34,124 nt of DNA from Octopus bimaculoides (lineage: Eukaryota): positions 25,921,044 through 25,955,167 of the forward strand of contig NC_068983.1 in the NCBI RefSeq assembly GCF_001194135.2. The letters run 5' to 3'. The notes below the pieces were generated by a model. The model did no database searches, was not told the origin of the DNA, and was given only the letters and a program-made list of their open reading frames with translations. The position numbers and the translations under genes are program-made. Position 1 is the stretch's first letter, and each line of letters starts with the position of its first letter. Shown here piece by piece: positions 22,740 to 34,124 of this stretch.

Positions 22740-23249
22740 AATCCACCACCACATACCACNNNNNNNNNNNNNNNNNNNNNNNNNNNNNNNNNNNNNNNNN
22801 NNNNNNNNNNNNNNNNNNNNNNNNNNNNNNNNNNNNNNNNNNNNNNNNNNNNNNNNNNNNNNNNNNNNNNNNNNNNNNNNNNNNNNNNNNNNNNNNNNNN
22901 NNNNNNNNNNNNNNNNNNNNNNNNNNNNNNNNNNNNNNNNNNNNNNNNNNNNNNNNNNNNNNNNNNNACACCACAGACCCCACCACACACCACCCTACCA
23001 CCACAGACCACAACCACCGCTACCACCATCATCACCACCACCACCACCACATACCACCATCACCACCACCACCACCATCATCACCAGCACCAAGAACATC
23101 TAATAACTTGATGATCATTTCCAGCACCAACATAAATAACCACGTCTGCCATCATCATCATTATGATCATCATCTTTATCATGATCATCACCAACACAAA
23201 AATTACTTTCTCCATCACCATCTCCACAACCACCACCGCCACCACTACC

Positions 23250-23281
<32 letters not shown>

Positions 23282-23558
23282 CAACAACAACAACCCCAAT
23301 ATCACTCCCGTCATTACCAACAAAACCGTCATTTGCACACTACCATCGCCAGCACCATTAAGAACATTATGCGCATCCTGACAATTATTAATATGATGAC
23401 CTTATCGCCTTAAACTTAATGAGTAGCATAATCCATACGACTAGGATCTTTATCTTGAGCGTTATCATTATCCATTCCGCCGTCAGCGCAATTATCATAC
23501 TACTTATACTTTTAAAGATTTCCTCTTTTAATACAGCCGTCATCATTATCATCATCGT

Positions 23559-23608
<50 letters not shown>

Positions 23609-23665
23609 TCATTATCGTTATCATCGTCATCGTCACCATCATTATCCTCTTCATCGTTATCATCA
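22500..23665. repeat. Compound trinucleotide low-complexity array (CAT, CAC/ACC, AAC, GTC), spanning gap 22760-22967
   Basis: Direct reading; gives homopolymeric His/Thr/Val/Gly ORFs in several frames. Confidence 0.9.
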
Positions 23666-24004
23666 TTAAAGGAAGTATATTCATTAATTAATTAAAACTC
23701 TTGATCGTCCGCACTTCACTTTCCCCTAAGAAGATTTTGCGAAATATTCACAAGATTTCCACCAGTACTTCATGTAATATTGTCCAGGAGAATGTGTTGA
23801 TCACCGAGTCTGGGTCTTTTTTTATCCCTTTCCTTCAATGATGCCATCTTCCTTTAATATTTAAAATAATAATGATAATAGAATCCCAGAAAGACAAAAA
23901 TAAAAGAACTCCAGGTTTGTGGAGATAGGTGTAGTCGATGCAAATTACAATAAACTTAATTGATAATTTCATGCATTGGACCAGTGGTTATGAAAGGCAA
24001 AATT

Positions 24005-24238
24005 GGTGGGTGCGTGGTTAGAAGCTTGCTTCCTAATCACATGATTCCAGGTTCAGTCTCATAGCAACTGTATCCTACTATAGGCTCGGGTGATCAAATC
24101 ATTGTGAGTGGATTTGATAGAAACTGAAAGAAGATTGTCCNNNNNNNNNNNNNNNNNNNNNNNNNNNNNNNNNNNNNNNNNNNNNNNNNNNNNNNNNNNN
24201 NNNNNNNNNNNNNNNNNNNNNNNNNNNNNNNNNNNNNN

Positions 24239-24273
<35 letters not shown>

Positions 24274-24515
24274 TTATGCATGTATGTGTGTAGGTATGTA
24301 TATATGTATGTGTGTATTTATGTGTATATGTCTGTGCTTGTTCCACACAACCACTTGATAACTGGTGTTAGTGTGCTTACATCCCCGGAACCTAGCGGTT
24401 CGGCAAAAGGGAAGAACAAAACACGTAAGTATTGGGCTTTAAAACAATAAGTCATGTCGTCTATTTGTTCGACTAAAACACTGCATACTCGCAGTCAAAT
24501 GACTGAAACAAGTAA
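24005..24515 (+). mobile_element. tRNA-derived SINE, family 1, diverged copy (contains gap 24141-24238)
   Basis: GGTGGGTGCGTGGTTAGAAGCTTGC...CCAGGTTCAGTCTC...GTGAGTGGATTTGATAGAAACTGAAAGAAG...GCAGTCAAATGACTGAAACAAGTAAA is collinear with the reverse complement of 3781-4292. Confidence 0.8.
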
Positions 24516-25211
24516 ATGTTCAAAGATAAATGAATCGCAAATAATTCCGCCGTTCTACCCTTCTACTATAACAGTATTTCCTAGCAAAGAAACATAGCCT
24601 GAAATATTTTGTCCATATCACCAAGAACAGAATTTTAATGGTTCCTTCTATTTATCGACTCTAAAAAGATAACATGCGTATATGACATCAGACAGATATG
24701 AGCTAACAACGTATATTTATTTTTTACATATACCCAAGTCCAAAATTTATAGGTTGTGAACAATCCACTATAGTTATTCTATTGACTGCTTTGTTTTTTT
24801 TTTCATTTTACTCTTGTCGATAATCGGAAAAAATGATGGGCAAATTTGACTTCTTAAATAATGCTACGTGATTAAATATTCTAAATCATTTGATCGTTAC
24901 TAATCTGATTGTGACAATCCTTTCCTTTGGAATACTGGAATACTAAGAATCTGACACTAAACAAGTTGGCTAAATAGTTTGATTATTTTTTTTTCTTTTT
25001 GGTTTAAACAATTAATTTGTAAAAAATTCGTTTAAGTTTTTACGTGTCTTAAAAATCAACATGAAGTGAATTTCAATTTCTCGTGACTCGAAACAAGGTC
25101 AACGACTCGGTATTCTGAAAATTTGCCGCACTTAATTTGTAATAACATTTGAAACGTTATGTTTTCTTTTTTTTTTTTTTTTTAGATTAGTAAAATTTTT
25201 CAAATGAACAA

Positions 25212-25431
25212 ATGTGAGGAGGGGTTCATCAAAATTTGTTTATGTAGGTTAGTATTTTATTTGTTTAATCTTTTACAAAGGAATGAATTATGAATTGTAC
25301 GTTGACAAGATGAAAANNNNNNNNNNATGTGAGGAGGGGTTCATCAAAATTTGTTTATGTAGGTTAGTATTTTATTTGTTTAATCTTTTACAAAGGAATG
25401 AATTATGAATTGTACGTTGACAAGATGAAAA
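25212..25431. other. Assembly artefact: 105-bp exact duplication around a 10-N gap
   Basis: 25212-25316 is identical to 25327-25431, separated by exactly 10 Ns. Confidence 0.9.
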
Positions 25432-25529
25432 GACGGATCGGAGAAGGACAATAATGGGGTGGGGGAAGAAATAGAAACAAGAAAGAAAGAAGGGAAAATA
25501 AGGAAGTAAAATGCCTTAAAATTTCACTC

Positions 25530-25830
25530 ATGCAGAGGATGATAACGATATCAAATATGAACAGGAACGATGATGAAGATGATGGCGATGACATCAATGA
25601 TGATGATGAAATGATGACGATGATAATGAAGGCGATCATGATGATAATGATACCGTCATTGGTGATAATAAGGATGACAGTGATAAAAACAGCGATACAC
25701 AATGATGTTGATAAGAACGAAAATGATGACGACGACGACGATGACGATGATGATGATGAAGCTGATGATGAGGATGACAACGATGATGAAAATGATGATG
25801 ACGACGTCGACGATGAAGAGGATGACATAT
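25530..25830. repeat. Degenerate (GAT)/(GAC) trinucleotide array
   Basis: Direct reading; explains the poly-Asp, poly-Ser and poly-Met ORFs. Confidence 0.9.
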
Positions 25831-27306
25831 AATCTCGGACTAGCTCTAAATGAGATGTGTCATCTTCAAAACTTTTATAAGCATAACGGTTATGCATTTT
25901 TACATTTCTTTCTTTCTTTCTTTCTTTCATAAACTAACGGGCAGTAGAGTTTCGGATTCCTAGCTCTTCGTATGACTACGTAGAAGATCGTTCATTGGCT
26001 TAGCGGATGTTGATCATAGTTTTGCAATTGCTCAAGTTGTCGTATTTGTTTTAGTTGTAGTTTTGTTGCTTTTGCATAGGTCCCAGCTAGCTTTAGACAA
26101 CAAATCATGATCAAAAGCTATTCCAGGTAATATTGTCTCACAGAATATCTAATATATACTGAGTTTTTATTGGTATGATGATTCCTACTTCTAGCAAATT
26201 GATCGTTCACGGACAGTCACTAATTCCCCGGTTCATTTTGGGAGAAAGAAGTAAGTCGACCAGGTTCAAAACGTGGCTGTCCCTCTTTCTCCGATGGTGA
26301 TCACTGTGAGGATAATAAAACTGAGAGTGGATGCCGTGTATGATAGAAAAAATATTCAGACATAGAACGCATGGTGGCTCTCATGATAAAAGTAAAGATG
26401 TTTATTGTATAAATGGTAGTAAGGAACTCCTGATGAAATTGCTATATTCATAAGCAAAACAAATGTTCTATGAGTTTTCATGTTAAATATCTGGGCAATA
26501 CAAATAGTAATAAAACTTTATGTACACGACACCAATATGTTTTTGTGCACGTCTGTGTTTGTGTATATGAAAACCCAACAAGGTTTGGAATTGATTAAGG
26601 TTGTTCATAAGTTTATTAATTAATGAGGAAATAAATAAACATGCCTTGGATATATATCTGCTACGTAATTGCATATATATACTTGTATCTATTTGTCTGT
26701 CAATCTATCTTTATACATATATGTGTGTATGTTTTTGTGTGTGTGTGTGTGAGTGTAAAAAGAGAGCCTGAGTAAAAAAGAGTGAGACATATCCACAGTA
26801 AAAATAACCATACAGGCATCAAGGTAAAGACATGCACAAGCATATGCACACATACTCACCCATACGCACATATATGCACGCCTACACGTATGTCACGATA
26901 CAAATATCCTTTTGCGCTTTAGATAATATTTTGTGATATGAAAATAAATAACAAATATGTACATTGAACGCTTTTGAATTTATATTACCATTTCAAATAC
27001 GCCAAGTTACACTAACTGTTTGTAAACTTATACACTTGTCATCTGAAGAGGGCGCTGAGGTTGGTTTATGCAATGGACACTAATTCTCATTTAAGAATAT
27101 TGTATTTCAGTTAAAATTATCATTTTGTGCTTTCTTCAAAATTTTGTCTCGGTGTAATTAAGTCGATGTCATTAGAATGCAGATGATACTGCAGATTAGG
27201 TATACCTCGTACTTAAAGTATTCGATGTGATCTTATGATTCCTTTTCTTCGTGTTGCATTACTAACTATATGTTATACTTGTCATATAAATGCAGTTGAT
27301 AGTTAG

Positions 27307-27548
27307 TGGAGGTTCGTGGCTTAGTGGTAAGGGGTGTTGGAGTCATGATCAGAACATTGTGGTTTCGATTTCGGGATCAGGTAACACGTGCTTTTAAGTA
27401 AAACACTTAATTTCACATTGCTTGAGTCCACTGAGCTGACAAAAATGAGTAATCCTTCGACGGGTCAGTGTCCTTTCTGGGTAGGGTATAAAACACGGAA
27501 ACCGGGAAACCGGCCCTGTTGGTCTATATGTCTTGGGAAGGAACTTTA
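27307..27548 (+). mobile_element. tRNA-derived SINE, family 4, with CORE-like central segment
   Basis: Perfect box A TGGCTTAGTGG (27317-27327), box B-like GGTTTCGATTTC (from 27361), then ...AAGTAAAACACTTAATTTCACATTGC...AAAAATGAGTA resembling a CORE-SINE domain, and tail ACGGAAACCGGGAAACCGGCCC. Confidence 0.65.
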
Positions 27549-28350
27549 TTGTAAGTAGTATGTATAGTTGACAGTAATCGTAAAATTCTGCTCTAAGAGA
27601 ATTAACTGCCGAATGAAGATGAGTTTACTGCAAGATGCCAAGAAAGAGAAAAAAAAAAAAAAACAGGCTATCAATCGATATCCCCTATATTCTCTGTCAT
27701 ATTGCAGTGAGCATAAAAATAGGACTAAAGTCTTAGAAAATGCCACGCTTAGTGACAACACATCCATTATGTGTATTTTATTTAATTATATTTTTGCTAA
27801 TTGCCCATGAAAATAAAAGAATGTCTTGAGTTTTAAGCACAATATTCTGCCATGGTTAAAACTTGTGTATGGATCCTCACTGTACAAGCCAAATCTCTAA
27901 AGCAAAAATAAGTATTCTTCAGGATACTCATATGAACTTTCCATAAATGGACAATAGTTCTTTATTATACTCACATAAACGTTCTGAAAAATATCTCGAA
28001 GTCTACCATAGCGCTACATATATGATATCGAAAGATGAATGGGTAGAATCATGACATACTCTACAGAAAATGCATGGCACAAAGCACAGTGCTTCTAAGG
28101 CTGTGTTATTTTTTGTTTTAATCCACCACATACAGTAAAATTGCATTAAGGACACACAAATTAAGATATAAAAGTCAAATAAAGCTAACAATGTGTTACA
28201 AAGTTTGCCTAACCGAATTTTTGACAAGGAGCTACCATTCTATGTTTTGAACAGCATCGATTGTTATTTTTTTTTAATTTGTAGTTTTTGTACAATCCTG
28301 CATTTCATCTAAAACCATTTTCCTTATCACTGCATCCAAACCTTTAATCC

Positions 28351-28571
28351 TATTTCGGCATTATTCTGGCTTAACCATACCATTTACCCGGGTCATCTCG
28401 AAACAAATTCAATGGTTGTTCTATGATTTATATACAAATTATCTCTTACATCTATTACGCTGCAGCACATCAGCAAATAGATTTCACTCTGTTTTCATAT
28501 ACGTCATAAAACGGCGATTGAATTCGTTTCGAGATTACCTAGTATAGTTAAGCCAAAATAATGGCGAAATA
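28351..28571. repeat. ~220-bp imperfect palindrome (foldback/MITE-like)
   Basis: Arms 28351-28380/28542-28571 match at 27 of 30 and 28391-28413/28517-28539 at 21 of 23; inner pair ATCTATT/AATAGAT; common centre near 28465. Confidence 0.85.
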
Positions 28572-29223
28572 TCGATATCTGTGATTCTCGCAGATTCAGA
28601 GGCTTATTGCCTTGCTTTGATCGTGACATCCACTTGTTCTTTACCATTCGGTGTCTTTTGAGAAGCTTTTCTCAGACGTTATTAAGCATAACATTTAGCG
28701 TATAAACAAAACACACTATATTTGTGCGATCGATAATGTTGACATTACTGCTTTTAATTCATAATTTAATTTTTTTCCCCATGTGCTACGCCGCCGCACA
28801 TCAGCAAATAATCTTCACACTATTTGCATCTACATCGTAGACCATCAATTCACTTCGTTTTGAGATGATCCCGCTACTTGGTATTAACAACGTATAAAAA
28901 TAGCGAAATCACCCTTTCTCAGTGATTCTGAACCGATTCGTCTGGCCAGGTCTCTGACATCCATGTACGCTTTAGCACACGGCGTCATTTAGGAGGCTTT
29001 CCCAAAACCTTATCTCGCAGCAGGTTTGGCGTAGAAACAAAATTGAGACTATGTCTATGCATCCGATGGTATATATAAAAAGGAGATAGTCAGAATTTTT
29101 TATAATTAATTTTTTCAACGCATCGCGTTTCAGAGTCAACAGGTATGATATATTCGCAAAAGTTATATTTTTTATGTACATATAGGAGAGCTAGCTATAT
29201 ATGTTGTTTCCATATATTTCCAG

Positions 29224-29291
29224 ATGCTAACGCAGTAGAAGTTGCGCAATTCTTTGTGTCGAATGGACTTTCTGCGAATCCTTGCGCGTTG
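29224..29291 (+). CDS. Candidate 68-nt coding exon, unknown gene (weak ankyrin-like pattern)
   Basis: Acceptor gttgtttccatatatttccag, donor TTG|gtaaag; only one open frame, (D)ANAVEVAQFFVSNGLSANPCAL. No partner exons found. Confidence 0.2.
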
Positions 29292-30714
29292 GTAAAGGGA
29301 ATTTTTGGTTTCACCAATGTAATTTCACCACATGCTATGCTCACATACATATATTCACAAATATTTTCACATATGCACACACATATATATGCACACACAT
29401 ATATATGCACACACACACACATATATATACATACATATAGATTCAAAATAAAAAAGAAAATAACTGTCCCTAATTCTGCAAAAAATAAACATTCTTCCTG
29501 TATCCTTGAAACGAGATGAAAGCAGTCAATAGATAATTATCCCAAATTCTGCTACCTCCACTTCCTTTACACTGAATTTCCATTCACCAATTCAAACAAT
29601 TCACACACGCGCACACACACATAAACACACACACAAGCACACACATACATGTCTATGCATGTTTATATATGTAGGTACTTCTAGGTACTTGTATGTATTT
29701 ATATGAATCAAACACATGAGAACAGCGGACTACAAATGCAACATATAAATAATATATAGAGTAGTTATCACAAGATATGTCAGGAGACATTGCGACGTTT
29801 TAACTGTTGTTTAATTTAACATACCACGATTCCTTTACTCTTAGAAATAACCATGGTCACTCGCTGAATTCATATATCAATTCAACAAGGATTGACGAAT
29901 GCACTGTGCACTCACTATATTCATATCACCGTAATCTAATAACGAGCTTAGAAGAGTGTCTTAAGCGACCATACTAAAGCAAATATTATGTCACGTTGGT
30001 ATTTAAAGTGAGTGCTTTAGAACATCGTTGGTTCTTCATTAGTTTATATGAAAACAAAGTAGGAATTTTTCCTTACAAGTCATGACCTTTAACAAAGAGA
30101 CAACTCAGTGAACGATGCCTGTTTAATGTTAGTTACTCTGGTAGAGTTAAATGATTCCACAATAGTCAGAGATATGGCTTTCTGAAGAAAACCTGTAAAA
30201 AAAATATGAATATCAATTACACCAGTTGTAGAAATTATGAAATATTATTAAGTAACAGAAAATATGGAATACGTTGAAATGCGTTCTAATTGATGAAATA
30301 TTTAGTTTCGAATTCTAACTCCTGTTTTTGTGAAGAGATATCCCAAGAAGCGATATCTGTAGTCATTTTCACAACCTCTCCAGGACTGATATTATTTCTT
30401 GTTAATATACATCACTATGGTCGACATTTGTCAATTCATCTCGTTTTACGTAGTAATTAAACAGTATGTCAACAGTTGTTATGCATTGTCTGGCTAAAAG
30501 AGTAAGAATTAACGTGACAATCTGGCTGATGAGTAAAATGATATCTAAAAGTCTGTTAGCGGCAGCATGATCTACATTCTGTAAATATTCGACATTTCTT
30601 CCCGCTTCAAAATGATATAAATTCCTAGTACCGATAACGTGCAAAGTAGTTGTAATACTCCCAGTGATAAAATGTACTGCTTACAATAAACATGATTGTA
30701 CTGCATCTGTGTAC

Positions 30715-30842
<128 letters not shown>

Positions 30843-31379
30843 TGCAAGCACAAATGCAGAAACTGAGTTCTTAGCAGCAGTTAATTTTCATACGACAATG
30901 AAGTATGTGATTTACTCCAAAATGTTAGTTGTGAATGGCTAATATGCATGAAAATAAAATTTATTACACACATGAGACACTGGTAAACGTCTATCATATT
31001 CATTATAAAACTAATAATGGATTGTAATAAATGAGGGATCGACTGGATAACGCCATGCACTATAATGTTGATAAAGGCATAAAAGATCACCAGTGGTGTC
31101 GTGAAGTTGATATCACTATCAGTATCCTTGCTGAAAAGGTATAATACAGAATATTGACGTTTAAAACAAGGTGCTGTATGTAATTAATTTCCATAATTTA
31201 TTCACAATACGGTCGTTGCAAGCGTTAAACTATTTGGATATGCTCCCAAAATAATTAGCATAATCATGTTTATAGGTATATTAGTATATTTATACATATG
31301 TGTAAGTATGTGAATGTTCACTTGTGTGCACGTATATATGCATGCGGAGATATATACATATGTGTCTGCAAGTATGCAT

Positions 31380-31874
31380 CTATGCACATATATGAATATA
31401 TACATTCCTACATATATATCCTCAAATATATATATATGTATATATATATACATATATATATACATNNNNNNNNNNNNNNNNNNNNNNNNNNNNNNNNNNN
31501 NNNNNNNNNNNNNNNNNNNNNNNNNNNNNNNNNNNNNNNNNNNNNNNNNNNNNNNNNNNNNNNNNNNNNNNNNNNNNNNNNNNNNNNNNNNNNNNNNNNN
31601 NNNNNNNNNNNNNNNNNNNNNNNNNNNNNNNNNNNNNNNNNNNNNNNNNNNNNNNNNNNNNNNNNNNNNNNNNNNNNNNNNNNNNNNNNNNNNNNNNNNN
31701 NNNNNNNNNNNNNNNNNNNNNNNNNNNNNNNNNNNNNNNNNNNNNNNNNNNNNNNNNNNNNNNNNNNNNNNNNNNNNNNNNNNNNNNNNNNNNNNNNNNN
31801 NNNNNNNNNNNNNNNNNNNNNNNNNNNNNNNNNNNNNNNNNNNNATATGTATATATATATATATATATATATAA

Positions 31875-31956
<82 letters not shown>

Positions 31957-32090
31957 GTATATAAATATATACATATATGCATATATATGTATATATATAT
32001 ATATATATATACATACGTGCAAATATACGTATATATATATACATACATAAAAACCTGCGCACATATATACATGCATACATACGCATATGT
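31380..32090. repeat. (TA)/(GATA) microsatellite block spanning gap 31466-31844
   Basis: Direct reading. Confidence 0.9.
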
Positions 32091-33446
32091 GGATATTTAT
32101 GTAACGTGGTGATGTTAGTGATACGCAAATTGCTTGCAGCAATACATGAATGACTAACACATCAGTTGATAATACAGCACTCGTTCAACTCTCCATTTGT
32201 GGTTCTTGTATTCGTAACCTTCTGCAGGAGATATTGACTTGTTTGATCATACTTCTTGGTGTACATTTCACATTACTTCATGTAGAACATAGCTTGTCAG
32301 ATTCTGAATCAGCTTACTGGGTGCCTGAGATCACGGATTGAAGAAGAAATACGAGACGATAAAACAAACGGCTCACCTCGAATATGACGATGAATGAAAG
32401 ATTCAACTTATTTCAGACATAGTGCAAACGTAAGAATAACCAAAATACTTACAACAGACAGCTGACAACAACCTTTACCAATTATGCTACAGCACTATGG
32501 TTTCAAGGAGTGGTCATATATAAACGCTAAAGAATGGAGAATTTAATTATAAATACGACAACTGACAACAGATACCTTTATATTCATATATAAAAAAAAA
32601 GGTTCAAATATCTGATGTACAAAAATATATATGTTTACTTTACGGAAATTACAAGTAGGATAACATTTTCGTTCGAATGGCAATGTAGTCTAAAATAGTA
32701 GATTTTTAAGAGTAGGCAACTGGCTGGAATGTTTCCAAACACGAATTGGTCAATTTAGATGTTATCCTGAAACGAAATTACGGTGATAGTGTTGCAAATG
32801 TAAAAAAAAAAAAAAAGTAGAATCAAATCAATCCTTTGTATATTTGCTTATTTCTAAAAGCGCCCTGCTTATGTTTATTGCTTATAATAGTAGCAATATG
32901 AACAAAATGGGTAACAAGGAAGTGTTTCGAGTTTCTGTATATTGTTTATATTCCACAAACAAATAAACGCGCACGCTATAAATACAGACGTAATGCACCT
33001 ATGTATTTCAAATTTCAAAACATATACTTTATATANNNNNNNNNNNNNNNNNNNNNNNNNNNNNNNNNNNNNNNNNNNNNNNNNNNNNNNNNNNNNNNNN
33101 NNNNNNNNNNNNNNNNNNNNNNNNNNNNNNNNNNNNNNNNNNNNNNNNNNNNNNNNNNNNNNNNNNNNNNNNNNNNNNNNNNNNNNNNNNNNNNNNNNNN
33201 NNNNNNNNNNNNNNNNNNNNNNNNNNNNNNNNNNNNNNNNNNNNNNNNNNNNNNNNNNNNNNNNNNNNNNNNNNNNNNNNNNNNNNNNNNNNNNNNNNNN
33301 NNNNNNNNNNNNNNNNNNNNNNNNNNNNNNNNNNNNNNNNNNNNNNNNNNNNNNNNNNNNNNNNNNNNNNNNNNNNNNNNNNNNNNNNNNNNNNNNNNNN
33401 NNNNNNNNNNNNNNNNNNNNNNNNNNNNNNNNNNNNNNNNNNNNNN

Positions 33447-33463
33447 CGACGCTCTTCCGATCT
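33447..33463 (+). other. Untrimmed Illumina sequencing adapter at contig start
   Basis: CGACGCTCTTCCGATCT is the 3' end of the Illumina TruSeq read-1 adapter/primer and begins at the first base after the gap. Confidence 0.9.
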
Positions 33464-33937
33464 CCGTAAGTGTTTGTGTATGCGTGTGGTTATTAATTTA
33501 TCGACACATCAATTCATACATACGCATATGTCAATATGTGGATGAGTGCCTGTATAGCAATATGTGTCTGTGGTTAAACAGTCTGCATTTTTAGCTATCA
33601 ACTTTTATTTTTGTAATATGAGAATGAAGCACTTAATTATCGAAATTTTCTTTGCTTTTTCAATATCAGAATTTCAAAGCATGTGAGTAAAAACCTAACA
33701 ATGTGCTAAATACTGTCTAAATACGTTATTAAGATAGAATTGAAATTTGATATAAAAGCGAGTAACTTGATTTTAGTCAGTTTAACTGTAGGAAAAGTTT
33801 AAAGAGGCAGATGCATCTTGATCGTGATGCACCATTCCAAATACATCGCGTGTTGCAGTTGGTGCGTTTAACTTGCATCTATTCAAATTACAAAGATTGC
33901 ATACATTTATCCCATACACACCAATTTGTGAAAAAAG

Positions 33938-34067
33938 GACACACACACACATACACACAAACACACACATATATATTTCCACATATATTTCTACATGAGG
34001 AACATGTTGTATGGTATATATATATATATATACATACATATATGCATACATATATACATACATACAT

Positions 34068-34124
<57 letters not shown>
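33938..34124. repeat. Compound (CA)/(TA)/(CATA) microsatellite
   Basis: Direct reading. Confidence 0.9.

Noticed and set aside
22384-23691. His-, Thr-, Gly- and Val-rich ORFs resembling mucin or His-rich proteins
   Set aside because: Open in many frames on both strands because of trinucleotide repeats; no splice or domain support.
25403-25932. Poly-Asp / poly-Ser ORFs
   Set aside because: Translation of a degenerate (GAT)n array.
28003-28227. Hydrophobic ORF as candidate signal-peptide exon of the receptor
   Set aside because: It starts at TTG, and its phase-1 donor (T|gtatgt) would create a TGA stop when joined to the exon at 21106.
30402-30644. ORF with a hydrophobic stretch as candidate receptor exon 1
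   Set aside because: No good phase-1 donor after the hydrophobic segment.

Overview
AT-rich eukaryotic genomic DNA, full of microsatellites and broken by ten N-gaps (about 2.9 kb in total). It is most likely from an octopus or other coleoid cephalopod draft assembly; this is inferred from the recognisable tRNA-derived SINE families and repeat landscape and has not been checked against a database. Nearly all six-frame ORFs are microsatellite, low-complexity or N-gap artefacts. Only one host coding segment is convincing: a 167-bp minus-strand exon (20940-21106) encoding the N-terminal helix and beta-1 strand of a nicotinic acetylcholine receptor-type Cys-loop channel subunit, with the intron phases conserved in that family. 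I could not find its neighbouring exons, so most of the window is probably large introns of this gene. Also present: a full-length dead mariner (DD34D) transposon inserted at a TA inside a SINE, copies of four SINE families, and a Penelope-like terminal fragment. That fragment carries a minimal type I hammerhead ribozyme motif on the same strand as the receptor, which is the most unusual element here. There is also a ~220-bp imperfect palindrome with a second diverged copy, two old short tandem duplications, two gap-flanking assembly duplications and a leftover Illumina adapter. I saw no rRNA genes, true tRNA genes, CRISPR arrays or prokaryotic systems, and I cannot claim a wholly new multi-gene system from this sequence.
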